From Candidatus Enterousia sp. (lineage in GTDB: Bacteria; Pseudomonadota; Alphaproteobacteria; Rs-D84), in NCBI GenBank assembly GCA_045649345.1, contig JAZRPS010000018.1:2280-66279 (forward strand): a DNA stretch of 64,000 bases, given 5' to 3'. A program made the translations under genes and the position numbers. Of the stretch, positions 30,801-39,147 are shown one piece after another. How positions within the stretch are numbered: position 1 is the stretch's first letter; each line of letters opens with the position of its first letter. A model generated the notes under the pieces. It was not told where the DNA came from, did no database searches, and worked only from the letters and a program-made list of their open reading frames with translations.

Positions 30801-32004
30801 GGTCTGGACATTCTTCTTTCTGCCCACCAGTACAATAATAACCACCATCGCATATCGTCTGACCGGTACATCTGGTACCATTATTGGTACATGTTGTACC
30901 ACCCGTCGCGTAATACCCACTTGACGTATTTGAACACGCCGATGCACCAGCCGCCGAATATTTATAACCCGTACATTCATACATTCCGCTATTCGCATTT
31001 GGATTATGGCCATACGTTCCTCCCGGGCAACGATACCCGGCAACACATGTTGCACATGTTGTTGCACCACGTGGCAAATACGTCCCAGCCGAACAAGGGT
31101 ATGACTTTGCCGACCAACACGCATACAGTGTTGTATCTGCATACACGCGTGGATCGTTCGCATAGTATCCATTCGCATTAATTATCTGCGTACCACTGCA
31201 CCCAGGACTTTTATAATAACCACCAAAATCATCCCCTGTCTTTACCGGTATTGTAATTGGGTTTGCAGACGAAACCATCTTTTTGGCATACGCCGAATCT
31301 AAATACATTCCATTACCATAGATATAGTATAAACTGGCAGTTCCCTGGGTATCACAACCCTGGCAATCCAGGCTGATTCCTGGTTTTGCCTTTATCACAG
31401 GGTATAATGTATACGACGTCGCAGTACTTATATTCGTAAATGTCACAGCCGTTGAACTAGAGCTAGAACCATAGGTAGAATTCGCCATAGTCGATGCCCA
31501 ACCACCAACTTCGTACCACTTGCTATCAAAGGTCAAACCACTGGATGCCGGCAATGTAAACGCCGTGTTATAATAAACCTGAATCGTTAAATCACCACTG
31601 GACCATGCAATTGTCCCGCCCGTCACAGGATTCAAAACATTCAGCGTGCCGGTTGCAGAACTGTTCCCACCATTATACTTACGACTGATGACAACATTAC
31701 GATAACATTGATTGCGCGCGGTTTTACCGGCACCACCCGTCGTCCAAATATTGCTGGAATTGGCGGTTGTTGAACCACTGTCACAATCATGTGGCGCAGT
31801 ATATGTTCCCCCAGGGCAATAAGAACCAACAGGACAAATCACACACGAATTTCCAACACCCGTACCACTAAGATAATAGCCGGCATTACATGACGTATAC
31901 TGCTTATACGACGGACACGTATACCCCGCACCAAACGCATCAACGACAAAAAATGAAACGAACAAAATCGCGCAAAGACGCAGAAATCCTGAAAATCTTC
32001 CCAC
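24814..32004 (-). CDS. giant (2,396 aa) cysteine-rich secreted mosaic protein, adhesin-like
   Basis: Uninterrupted ORF. GTG start preceded by agaggaag. Signal MGRFSGFLRLCAILFVSFFVVDAFGA. Recurrent CP.G.YCPGG motif, NGG...GY.F.GW repeats, and four ~130-aa internal modules. Confidence 0.9.
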   Translation of the reverse strand: MGRFSGFLRLCAILFVSFFVVDAFGAGYTCPSYKQYTSCNAGYYLSGTGVGNSCVICPVGSYCPGGTYTAPHDCDSGSTTANSSNIWTTGGAGKTARNQCYRNVVISRKYNGGNSSATGTLNVLNPVTGGTIAWSSGDLTIQVYYNTAFTLPASSGLTFDSKWYEVGGWASTMANSTYGSSSSSTAVTFTNISTATSYTLYPVIKAKPGISLDCQGCDTQGTASLYYIYGNGMYLDSAYAKKMVSSANPITIPVKTGDDFGGYYKSPGCSGTQIINANGYYANDPRVYADTTLYACWSAKSYPCSAGTYLPRGATTCATCVAGYRCPGGTYGHNPNANSGMYECTGYKYSAAGASACSNTSSGYYATGGTTCTNNGTRCTGQTICDGGYYCTGGQKEECPDPKSAVRTAAFPAAYNANNSTGVTISLSNVILGSSSLSQRTGQSAVTGCQALFFWKPNGAPAGLYEYVTYNEETGKYEETSASDSAWAYYYVTPGYQLTTPANNGVCYGGQRYYKAVQKCPINYYCNHTGNMSCTDGETYTDALPSTRCVYLPNTAGFYYGTDGVGASKPEQCFGLAVPGFTVLTPYAEPEDCPVGSYCPGGEYPEGGYGADEKIYYGQVSATATECPAGFTSDITASTLSSCYCTTVLDKNGLSGTIFGATGTNNATRKLNYGVTITLPRASTLSAENATFTGYWSPDKPMPHSAYSLAKVPNQMTSIKVGDEGCPARLYAVKKGVDMTVDFNIGVSGCELPTMECYANSGECILPEISCSKAGYVFAGWMNTGDDCDGGYLGNVFQPGDDVSIVGGGCESPYAIEFTAQWIENGVTCAPGYYAKKGETTCNNKCGYGYYCPGGGGTTAGGDFGRHSCSDWFTFETTTDKSHLNIGSASNTSSQKTQCYVESYSGYRLIFLGYTDDGVAGLTTDLSPANYSFYSDRFYYGAQKVVLSSAMTCADDLGSDRFVYSEPGSQGACYAQIVLDKNGGSGTINGVSGTDSAVQRVYYDMGDNKFPATTSLSSSIYNFTNQWGTDTGCERATYTPGTDYYFYDGDSVPEKLYACRTAKKFSCEAGTYLPMGKTTCDICLAGSYCPGVQNVTYNESKDGGIYSCPEHFTSDPGATSDNTMGLEDENVCYINLSPGYAVSVDQANGSVTVDACDSEIIMRDAILYGMDVGAYYCPGGDKIKYQGPGLTGVEECPDSFVDAQSAISSRGQCAFKLQPGDSIDGCDFTFVNTVGSCAGGDMSYFCPGYTVTIDEVAKENDPITWCVTNKYLGYYTCPVNSTTSADQTHCTCNYGYQVSDGAATITNATQKCVPVSVTVPAGSYLPAGSLTPAECGAGGSYCPGATCSFSATMDCGREACPDPADENYAPRENVDWVDSAKLPDERKNTSVVSVVTLNTWSKNLQSINQCRVTYTIQNDAGTMLLEGIYYDSDSEQYTDDRALIPYYAQLNPGYYLHTPYTATYCTTGNANGMYYQFAEKCPQNSYCPGLKSMPKCGAADSVRTQFGYTSFTYGDDLGAATCAWGTNGKYVYSDVGAESKDLCYLNTSGGYAVYEQGAGQVMCQAGQFCIGGTTVYYGKQSGSDMTGGFEYCSPKYPESAPGNSEWGLCYVTLKPGEYVAAQGTGAAPCPADDYCPGDEKIYTFVSDGGSDEQPEHGGNYPCPDPYLDNTALGKELVRQCLMDVPGGYYVAESGATQYVATDPGYYQPTSHSVGYGETSVDVLGYEYIACSGQDKYQDLTAQTSCNTVSWGYYTTKNGAECTDGVACTGQAGCDGGYYCTAQTGIRKACPDARTHRRTTQFTSTNSNLIMPTVTLDMLEELTNTSVTSRTLVGDITGCQVLSWYTAKPVDQGGKASLYEYAMYVGDEENGEYSNTTAWGYMSVQPGYYLSSPVACGAYAYYHVLNECESGQYCPGKDKVACDSSNQATVHTSTFGMEICPTNYGASPARATAQNQCYLTTTAGTYVAEPNAAPVTCPGGYYCPATDIYWGATGGNNACPAANDDTRMTTFPASWYPVWQDGHAPDNANMINVRDFKQQLWTKGLGSIGLCRAQYFITNAAGDTNIESVRFNENTGDYDIGGDQYYATLNPGFYFKTRYSDWYCKNGGTYMYYRTAVQCPEGSYCPGYASNSLIPKCSSGEYLEEMGINSCSSLIVQEETGYYPYSPVGSSQATQCYLTTKPGEAVYSTEYPEACPGGAYCPGGVNVNYGSNGGFYSCAALTENGFYSGSYRGADDESECYGVLEEGYYIDTPYSEEQKQCAAGTYWEASIVYYGKTTTCPACTNAPENAVYTTVGWNGGLDCPWECNDGYNQTVDANGNPMCGQMCTVPGMNYIKSSTGLSIPLYSSKGAGWARAIGVSLDGGQTACYGRLEQDTGNAPSGSLRVNVGGTKYYAVE

Positions 32005-32057
32005 TTTTCTTCCTCTTTATACCCATATCTTAGAAAAAAGCAAGGGGACTGCACAAG

Positions 32058-32086
32058 CAAAAAATCCGGCGACGCCGGATTTTTTT
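32058..32086 (-). terminator. terminator after the M14-like gene
   Basis: atccggc-gac-gccggat flanked by A and T runs. Confidence 0.7.
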
Positions 32087-33191
32087 ATCGTGACAGACGA
32101 TTCGTAATATCACGAAACAATACATCTGCACGTGCCAGCGCTGCATCACGCCAACGATTATCTGACGGATACCAACTTTCTGTCAGATTTTTCCATGTCT
32201 GGGGATTAATTTCACCAGAATTTAGTAAATCATATCGCGCGTCCCCCATATCCATACGCTTATAAATCGGAGACATTATCGGAAATTCACCGGTTCCAAT
32301 CTCAAAATCAGCCGTATAAACCGGACGATTTTCTAATGCATAACGATTTTCCAATGCGTCAACCAAATCACCCAACAATGTTGGTCCACTTACTGCATTT
32401 TCATCAGGTACAACTGTTGTGTTTGGTGTCAATTCTGCAAAAAATCGTGTATTTTTATGCGCACCTGGGTGCGATACCAGCAATTGCGATGTCACATGCC
32501 CAGCCTTTCTATAAAAACGCCCCAGCCCGGTATGCATGCCAATCGAAATCAAAGAATCTGCATCACACATAATTTCATCATATATCGCCATCGTCATCAA
32601 ATTTTCAATCATCGGCGCTGCACCACCATAAAACAGCCCATACGGTTGTGTATACTGACCATAACTGATTGCTGACCACGCGCCATCATGTAAATGCGTC
32701 GCACGAAAATCTTTTATCGCGTTCTTTTTTGCAACTTTGTCCGGTTTTGATAACAACAAATCATGCGCCAATTCATATTTTGGGTTCTGGGGCAGGGCAT
32801 CAGGACGCGAAAAATCAACACCAAAATTACGATTTAAATCAACCAAGCCACCACGCTTGTTGTCTAAAACTTCCCTCATCCTGTTTTGCATGCCCCAGCC
32901 ATTAATAATATGAATTAAAACAAAAGTATATTTTTTCAATAATTCAGGCGATAAATTCGGCACAATTTTATCAAGAAACAGCATTTGTGCTGCACTGCCA
33001 AAATATCCTTCCAACCCATGAACACCAGAATTTATAACAACCTTATTCGGTCCACAACCAATCGAAACATATGGAATGTCAAAATCATGCCCCGGCGCAG
33101 TACACCAACGCAAAGCCCCACACTTTATTGCACCTTGACAGAATTTTTCTGTCGCCTGATGCCAATTTTCAGAATAATAACTTCGTCGCAT
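32085..33191 (-). CDS. M14-family (DUF2817-like) metallopeptidase homolog
   Basis: VHGLEGYFG and GGLVDLNRNFG motifs, recalled from zinc carboxypeptidase-like families. ATG at 33191. The track start at 33227 is a TTG. Confidence 0.6.
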   Translation of the reverse strand: MRRSYYSENWHQATEKFCQGAIKCGALRWCTAPGHDFDIPYVSIGCGPNKVVINSGVHGLEGYFGSAAQMLFLDKIVPNLSPELLKKYTFVLIHIINGWGMQNRMREVLDNKRGGLVDLNRNFGVDFSRPDALPQNPKYELAHDLLLSKPDKVAKKNAIKDFRATHLHDGAWSAISYGQYTQPYGLFYGGAAPMIENLMTMAIYDEIMCDADSLISIGMHTGLGRFYRKAGHVTSQLLVSHPGAHKNTRFFAELTPNTTVVPDENAVSGPTLLGDLVDALENRYALENRPVYTADFEIGTGEFPIMSPIYKRMDMGDARYDLLNSGEINPQTWKNLTESWYPSDNRWRDAALARADVLFRDITNRLSR

Positions 33192-33234
33192 AATCTTGCC
33201 TTTGGTTTTTTCTCTCTCCGCTGGCAATATATAC

Positions 33235-34041
33235 CTACATCACCTTACCCTGGGTTGGATAAAAAGTTAACTGTATTTTTTTCCATTTGTCAAATTCATT
33301 TGCCGGCAACATGCGTAATGGCTGACATGTATTAATCGCCGCACGTATCGTATCCAAGACATACGCAAACGCAGGATCGGTTTCTGCACGTGATTCTGAT
33401 TCAAACCAAACATCTTGAACCGTGCCATTTTTTCGCATCGTCAGATGTGCCACTGCGCGGATATCTGAAATATCTGGACGCGCGCTATCAATCACCCAAC
33501 AGCGTGTCATCGCAACACGCAGCGCATCAACAACAGATATAGTCAATGTTCTGTCCAGGGATAAAACCTCGCGATTGACGCGCACAACTTTCTTTTTCTT
33601 GGGCGCAATGGGCGCATCCTCAACAGGTTTTGATGCTTCTTTTGATTCTTCTTTCTTTGGCTCTGGCTTTTCTTCTGTTTTTTCCTCAACCTTTTCTTCT
33701 GGTTCTGGCTTCGGCTCTTCAACCAATGTTGGCGCCTCTATCTCCACCTTTTCGGGTTCTTCTGCCTTTACTTCCTTGACATCGGGTTTTGCGACCGGGG
33801 CAGGGGTCGATTCTTCCTCTTTCTGTTCTGCAACCTGACCAACATTATAAAGTTTGGTTTCATCCCCCGACACAACAACCTGATTTAAATCAATTTCAAT
33901 AATCTCAATCCTGTCTGGTGTCACCAAGCGCGCACGATTAACAACAATCGCGAACGATGTAATCATAATCGCAACCAACGCCAAATGCCCACCAACAGAC
34001 ATTAACAGATTTTCTGATGAAAAATGATTTAACTTTGCCAT
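33235..34041 (-). CDS. tolA: TolA-like envelope protein
   Basis: N-terminal TM, a Glu/Lys/Pro-rich linker (EEKVEEKTEEKPEPKKEE), and a TonB/TolA-type C-terminal domain. It follows tolQ-tolR. Confidence 0.8.
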   Translation of the reverse strand: MAKLNHFSSENLLMSVGGHLALVAIMITSFAIVVNRARLVTPDRIEIIEIDLNQVVVSGDETKLYNVGQVAEQKEEESTPAPVAKPDVKEVKAEEPEKVEIEAPTLVEEPKPEPEEKVEEKTEEKPEPKKEESKEASKPVEDAPIAPKKKKVVRVNREVLSLDRTLTISVVDALRVAMTRCWVIDSARPDISDIRAVAHLTMRKNGTVQDVWFESESRAETDPAFAYVLDTIRAAINTCQPLRMLPANEFDKWKKIQLTFYPTQGKVM

Positions 34042-34053
34042 CGAAGCCCATTC

Positions 34054-34452
34054 TTACTCTGGTTGTGTGCGCAATCCAACTTTCTGGAATCCAACATCTT
34101 TTAATTTGCCCATCATTGACATAACCGCACCATAATCGGCATGCGTATCACCACTTATCATTATAGTTAAATTCGGATTTTCACCACGCATCGCGATTGC
34201 ACGCTTTACAATTTCATCACGTGGCAATTCCATTTCAGACAAAAAATAATGCCCACGCGCATCAACACTAATTTGGATTGCGTGGTCGTTGCCTGTCATC
34301 GCAGACGCGCCAGCACGCGGCAATTCTAAATCAATCCCCGTCGTCATCATCGGGGTTGTCACCATAAACACAGCCAACAACACCGTCATAACGTCAATCA
34401 TTGGCGTTAATTGAATCCCAGAATCAGATTGTCTGCGACGTATACGTGACAT
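34054..34452 (-). CDS. tolR: TolR (ExbD/TolR family)
   Basis: IQLTPMIDVMTVLLAVFM motif. 132 aa. Confidence 0.88.
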   Translation of the reverse strand: MSRIRRRQSDSGIQLTPMIDVMTVLLAVFMVTTPMMTTGIDLELPRAGASAMTGNDHAIQISVDARGHYFLSEMELPRDEIVKRAIAMRGENPNLTIMISGDTHADYGAVMSMMGKLKDVGFQKVGLRTQPE

Positions 34453-34462
34453 TATAACATCC

Positions 34463-34954
34463 TTATTTTTTTGAATTCACTTCACGACGAACATCGTCCA
34501 AACGATCATATAAATCATCTGCCTTTTTCGCAAAAATCTGGTGTGCAATCGCCGCCGGAACCGCCGCAATCAGTCCCAACGCAGTTGTACCCAATGCAAC
34601 CGCCAGCCCCGGGGCAATAACACCAATACTAACAGACTGATTAATTCCAATCGACGCAAAAGAATCCATCACCCCCCAAACCGTACCAAACAAACCAATA
34701 AACGGCGAAATATACGCAACCATCGCCAAAAACCATAAATTTTTATCAAACGGACGAACTAAACGCTCTGGCGCAACCGCCATATTATCAGATGCCTTTA
34801 ATTTGACAGGATTTCTTTTAACCATTTTCCACAGGCGGATTTTTTCAATAATAACCGCCCACGACAAAACACTGAATATCACCAAGACAATCGACACAAA
34901 TATTGTCATAATATCGCCTGTAAACAAACTTAACAGCGAAAAATTACTTTCCAT
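34463..34954 (-). CDS. tolQ: TolQ (MotA/TolQ/ExbB channel), short form
   Basis: GLFGTVWGVMDSF and TTALGLIAAVPA motifs. 163 aa. Confidence 0.88.
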   Translation of the reverse strand: MESNFSLLSLFTGDIMTIFVSIVLVIFSVLSWAVIIEKIRLWKMVKRNPVKLKASDNMAVAPERLVRPFDKNLWFLAMVAYISPFIGLFGTVWGVMDSFASIGINQSVSIGVIAPGLAVALGTTALGLIAAVPAAIAHQIFAKKADDLYDRLDDVRREVNSKK

Positions 34955-34975
34955 TTTTTCCTTCCTTTTTTATTT

Positions 34976-35350
34976 TTATACCAACTCTTTAATAAATTCT
35001 TTTGGTATCCGTTTAGGACGCATATCTGCCCCCAAATACGCAACCTTAAGATTTATTATAGCATATTCATTCCCATCTTTCACGAACTTTTGTTCAATTT
35101 TTACCGTTGCTGCACCAACATCTGTCATAACAGTTTTTACAACAAAGTCATCTGCCGCCTTTAACGGTTGCAAATACTTGATATTTAATTCACGAATAAC
35201 AAATCCGACATCATCACCAACGACCACATGCCCCCGCAACCAATTCATGCGCGCACGTTCCGCAATTTCCAGATATCTGGCATGATACACAATACCTTCG
35301 GCATCTGTGTCCGCATACGCAACCGTAAATGGGAAAAGATGTTCCTTCAT
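34976..35350 (-). CDS. ybgC: YbgC-type acyl-CoA thioesterase (4HBT fold)
   Basis: FTVAYADTDAEGIVYHARY motif. Adjacent to tolQ. Confidence 0.85.
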   Translation of the reverse strand: MKEHLFPFTVAYADTDAEGIVYHARYLEIAERARMNWLRGHVVVGDDVGFVIRELNIKYLQPLKAADDFVVKTVMTDVGAATVKIEQKFVKDGNEYAIINLKVAYLGADMRPKRIPKEFIKELV

Positions 35351-35742
35351 CGCTGTTTGTCCGTCACGCCCATCATTTCTTGGCGCAGTTCTTCTGGAAT
35401 ATGCTTTAAACGCAAATCAGGTCCAATATAAGCAACACGACTGTTCATCGTTGCGCAAATTTTATTGTCTGGATTCAAGAAATATTGAACCGTATCCAGG
35501 AACACATTGCCAACCTTTAAAACCTCTGTTTCTACACAGATATCTTCACCCAATTTTAGTGGGGAACTATAATTTACGTTTAAATTTTTAATAATAAAAT
35601 TATCACCCTTTGGGATTTGCTTACCACGCATCCAATTCATACGCGCGCGTTCCGCAATTTCAATATAACGCCCATGATACACGATTCCCCCCGCATCAGT
35701 ATCTGCATAGGCAATTGTAAAATTATACTTATGTCTTGCCAT
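35347..35742 (-). CDS. second YbgC-type thioesterase (tandem paralog)
   Basis: FTIAYADTDAGGIVYHGRY motif. ATGA overlap with the downstream copy. Confidence 0.85.
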   Translation of the reverse strand: MARHKYNFTIAYADTDAGGIVYHGRYIEIAERARMNWMRGKQIPKGDNFIIKNLNVNYSSPLKLGEDICVETEVLKVGNVFLDTVQYFLNPDNKICATMNSRVAYIGPDLRLKHIPEELRQEMMGVTDKQR

Positions 35743-35760
35743 GTTTTACTTTTTCCTTTT

Positions 35761-36750
35761 TTATTTTTCCAACCCCAGATGTGCATAACCCGCATCTGTT
35801 ATTATTCGACCACGCGGCGTACGTTGCACAAACCCAAGTTGCATTAAATACGGCTCTATGACATCCTCTATCGTATCCGTTGGCTCCGACAGCGCTGCTG
35901 ACAAATTCTCGATTCCAACCGGCCCCCCCGCATAGAACTTTATAATCATATTCATATATTCACGATCGATTTCGTCCAACCCACATTCGTCAATATGCAA
36001 TTGAAATAGTGTGGTTTTAATCGTATCTGCTGTAATATGCGTTTTACCCAAGGCACCTGCAAAATCACGCGCACGCTTTAACAAACGATTGGCGATACGC
36101 GGCGTACCACGCGCAGAACGCGCCAACATCAACGCGCCATCTACATCAATTGGCATTCCCAAAATATTCGCACTGCGCGATATAATCTTAGACAAATCTT
36201 CTGGCGAATAAAAGCTTAAACGCAAATCAATTCCAAATCTATCACGCAACGGATTGGAAAGCAAACCTGTTCTGGTTGTCGCCCCAACCAACGTAAATGG
36301 GGGCAGGTCGATACGCACACTTTTTGCGCTGGGACCTTCGCCCAACATAATATCCAGCTTAAAGTCTTCCATCGCGGAATACAAAACTTCTTCAATCGCT
36401 GTCGGCAAACGATGAATTTCATCAATGAACAATACGTCCATTGGTTCCAACGCCGTCAAAATCGCAGCCAAATCACCTTGTTTGGTAAGCATCGGTGCCG
36501 CCGTTGCACGGAAATTTGTCCCCAGCTCATTCGCAACAATATGCGCCAAAGTTGTTTTCCCCAACCCCGGGGGACCATACAACAACACATGATCCATCGC
36601 TTCGCCACGATTACGCGCACCAGACACAAATACAGATAAATTTTGTTTCAAACTTTCATGCCCAATAAAGTCAGACAGCGAACGTGGGCGAATTGACGCC
36701 ACCATATCATCTGGAATATTTGCATCTAAAAATCTTTCTTTGTTCTGCAT
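35761..36750 (-). CDS. ruvB: Holliday junction branch migration helicase RuvB
   Basis: [14 protein letters not shown] Walker A, DEIHRL, and the overall RuvB pattern. Confidence 0.96.
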   Translation of the reverse strand: MQNKERFLDANIPDDMVASIRPRSLSDFIGHESLKQNLSVFVSGARNRGEAMDHVLLYGPPGLGKTTLAHIVANELGTNFRATAAPMLTKQGDLAAILTALEPMDVLFIDEIHRLPTAIEEVLYSAMEDFKLDIMLGEGPSAKSVRIDLPPFTLVGATTRTGLLSNPLRDRFGIDLRLSFYSPEDLSKIISRSANILGMPIDVDGALMLARSARGTPRIANRLLKRARDFAGALGKTHITADTIKTTLFQLHIDECGLDEIDREYMNMIIKFYAGGPVGIENLSAALSEPTDTIEDVIEPYLMQLGFVQRTPRGRIITDAGYAHLGLEK

Positions 36751-36753
36751 ATC

Positions 36754-37413
36754 TTATAGCAACTTATCTTCTTCGTTTTCGCGACCAACATAGGCCTTTA
36801 AATCATTATACATTTGTCGCAAATCAGCAGGCTGACTGTACATTGCATCAGCCCCTTTGACACGAATTGTTTCCAAATCAATCTGCGCCTGTTTTTTCAA
36901 GACCTGAGTCAAATGTGTTGAAAACGCACGCGCCTCATCAGATTCTGCCGCCCCTTGCAATAACAGTCCACGATTTGGACGCGGCGACAAAAATGCAAAA
37001 TCAGATACTGTTGAATCGGGCGACACCAATACAAACCCAGAAATTTCTGGTCGACGCATCATTGCTTGCAGTACATACCATGCGCCCAATTGATGACCTG
37101 CTAACCAAATTTTATCACTGTCTTCATTATGGTTTTGAATCCAATCTATAACCGTTGCGATATCAAGCATGTTTTCTGAGGTTGTACCAATTATCCCTTC
37201 GGAATCACCAACACCACGATAGTTAAAACGAACAACTGAAAACCCAATATCCATAAACGCACGAAACATCGCATATGACACACGATCATTCATATGATAC
37301 TTTTGACGCGGATTCCCAGACAGAATCACCGCCAGAGGCGCCGCCTCTTGCGCAGACTTATGATATACCGCGTGCAGCTTGCCAGATTCACCAGAAATAA
37401 TAATATCAACCAT
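36754..37413 (-). CDS. alpha/beta-hydrolase-fold protein with apparently degenerate catalytic triad
   Basis: NYRGVGDSEG motif. The nucleophile elbow reads GHQLG instead of G-x-S-x-G. ATG at 37413 follows agggtgaa. Confidence 0.7.
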   Translation of the reverse strand: MVDIIISGESGKLHAVYHKSAQEAAPLAVILSGNPRQKYHMNDRVSYAMFRAFMDIGFSVVRFNYRGVGDSEGIIGTTSENMLDIATVIDWIQNHNEDSDKIWLAGHQLGAWYVLQAMMRRPEISGFVLVSPDSTVSDFAFLSPRPNRGLLLQGAAESDEARAFSTHLTQVLKKQAQIDLETIRVKGADAMYSQPADLRQMYNDLKAYVGRENEEDKLL

Positions 37414-37552
37414 ATGATTCACCCTGTAATTATTTTTAGTTCGTACTTTAAAATACAACAAAGCAATTAAAAATTTCAATAAAAATATTTTTGTTTTGAC
37501 ACAATAATCCAAAATGTTCTAAGATTTAAAAGAGAGAACCAAAGGCAACATC

Positions 37553-38476
37553 ATGTTAAAACCTATTTTTATGACTTTTTTCGCTATTTTCTGTGCATAT
37601 TCTGCATACGCCATGGACGACACATTTTATGAAGAATTCCAGACAATATACACCGAAACACCGGTACAGTCTTACTATGCATACCCAGACGATCCAAATT
37701 TTATTCCAGAATCAGAATTTATGGAACGCGCGGACAGCCTGGATTATGATCAAAACATAATTGCTGCACGCGACATTGAAATGCAAATGCACCCGGGGGT
37801 AATGTTTGCCGACAAACCAATGGTCATATGTCGTAATTTTGGTTGTACACGCCTGAACGACCGCATAACACGCACATTTTTATTCAACAGTTTGGCAAAC
37901 ATGTTCATGATGAACGCCCATTCACGCGTTTATATATGCGAGGCAGACCCATTCTCACGCGATTGTTTACAATCCGGAATATCATTCCCTGTACGCAGTG
38001 GCATTGCCAATGCAATGGTTAAAATTCCAAAGGCAACAATATCCCAGGTTAATGTTTCTACTGGATTATCCAAGGCAACCGTTGGCATGACATACGAATT
38101 CTTGGTAAACGGCATCGACAGACGATGCGAACCAACCGTTATGGACATTATGGTCCCAATTAATTCCCAAGCAACACTGTCCAACCGCGAATTTGCCTGC
38201 AATATGACCAGCGACGGTTTCAGCAACGTATCATTGATGGTCAGCATTGACTACATCGACCTGGACTATGGTATTTTGGGCGGTTATTATTCCTTGGGAA
38301 TGCAGGGACCAACCACCGGTGGTGGCACGGGTTATGCACTATTTAAGACAGAATTTGCAACATCAGGTATGCAATTTCGTGCCGCGGTATACGATGAAGA
38401 AGATATGCAGGGTGTAAATAACGCCATGCGCACAATTCAACCCGGCGAATATGCCGTTGAACCATTAAATAAATAG
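37553..38476 (+). CDS. hypothetical secreted protein, first gene of a two-component operon
   Basis: Signal MLKPIFMTFFAIFCAYSAYA. Only 3 nt separate it from the response regulator gene. Confidence 0.75.
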   Translation: MLKPIFMTFFAIFCAYSAYAMDDTFYEEFQTIYTETPVQSYYAYPDDPNFIPESEFMERADSLDYDQNIIAARDIEMQMHPGVMFADKPMVICRNFGCTRLNDRITRTFLFNSLANMFMMNAHSRVYICEADPFSRDCLQSGISFPVRSGIANAMVKIPKATISQVNVSTGLSKATVGMTYEFLVNGIDRRCEPTVMDIMVPINSQATLSNREFACNMTSDGFSNVSLMVSIDYIDLDYGILGGYYSLGMQGPTTGGGTGYALFKTEFATSGMQFRAAVYDEEDMQGVNNAMRTIQPGEYAVEPLNK

Positions 38477-38479
38477 TTA

Positions 38480-39145
38480 ATGACAAACAAAGTGATTCTT
38501 ATTATTGACGACGACGATATTTTACGCAACGCCTTGGCCAAGGGGCTGCGCAAAGATGGTTTCAACATAATAACATCACCATCTGCCGAAAATGCATCTG
38601 ACATTTTAAAACGCATTCGTGTCAACGCAATTGTCCTGGACAGAATGATGACCGGCATGGACGGTCTAACATTTCTAAAAAAAATCCGTGGGGCAGGCGA
38701 TACAACACCCGTGATTATGTTAACTGCAATGACTGGCGCAGAAAACGCAATTGACGGTCTGTCTGGTGGGGCGAATGATTATCTGGCCAAACCGTTTCAA
38801 ATACGCGAATTAGTTCTGCGTTTAAACAATATCATCAAAAACGCCCCCAGTGTTGAACCAACGGCACCAAATGGTATGACGTTCATCAATAATGAATTTT
38901 ATATCTCTGACCCAACAGACACCACCAGTCCAACAAAAATACTGGCATTATCAGGCGAAGAAAAAAAGTTATTACAGCATTTAATCACACCAATTGGCAA
39001 TATCGTTCCTGCATCACCAATGGTTGCAAAACGCTTGCGCAATAAAATAAATGTTGTATTATCAAATCTAGACATAATAACAATCCGCGGTCGTGGCTAT
39101 AAATTGGTCGACAAAACCGCACAAACAGAAAACAAAGGTATTTAG
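38480..39145 (+). CDS. OmpR-family response regulator
   Basis: Receiver motifs IIDDDD, VLDRMMTGMDG, MLTA and AKPF. Winged-helix tail ..IRGRGYKL. Confidence 0.88.
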   Translation: MTNKVILIIDDDDILRNALAKGLRKDGFNIITSPSAENASDILKRIRVNAIVLDRMMTGMDGLTFLKKIRGAGDTTPVIMLTAMTGAENAIDGLSGGANDYLAKPFQIRELVLRLNNIIKNAPSVEPTAPNGMTFINNEFYISDPTDTTSPTKILALSGEEKKLLQHLITPIGNIVPASPMVAKRLRNKINVVLSNLDIITIRGRGYKLVDKTAQTENKGI

Positions 39146-39147
39146 GC

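Noticed and set aside
25044-31181. Many plus-strand ORFs of 60-238 aa inside the giant gene (for example 26607..27323 and 25977..26501), rich in His/Tyr/Pro/Thr/Leu
   Set aside because: They are antisense shadows of a long, biased, repeat-rich minus-strand ORF. They have no RBS or promoter context, low-complexity composition, and they tile the opposite strand of a much better gene.
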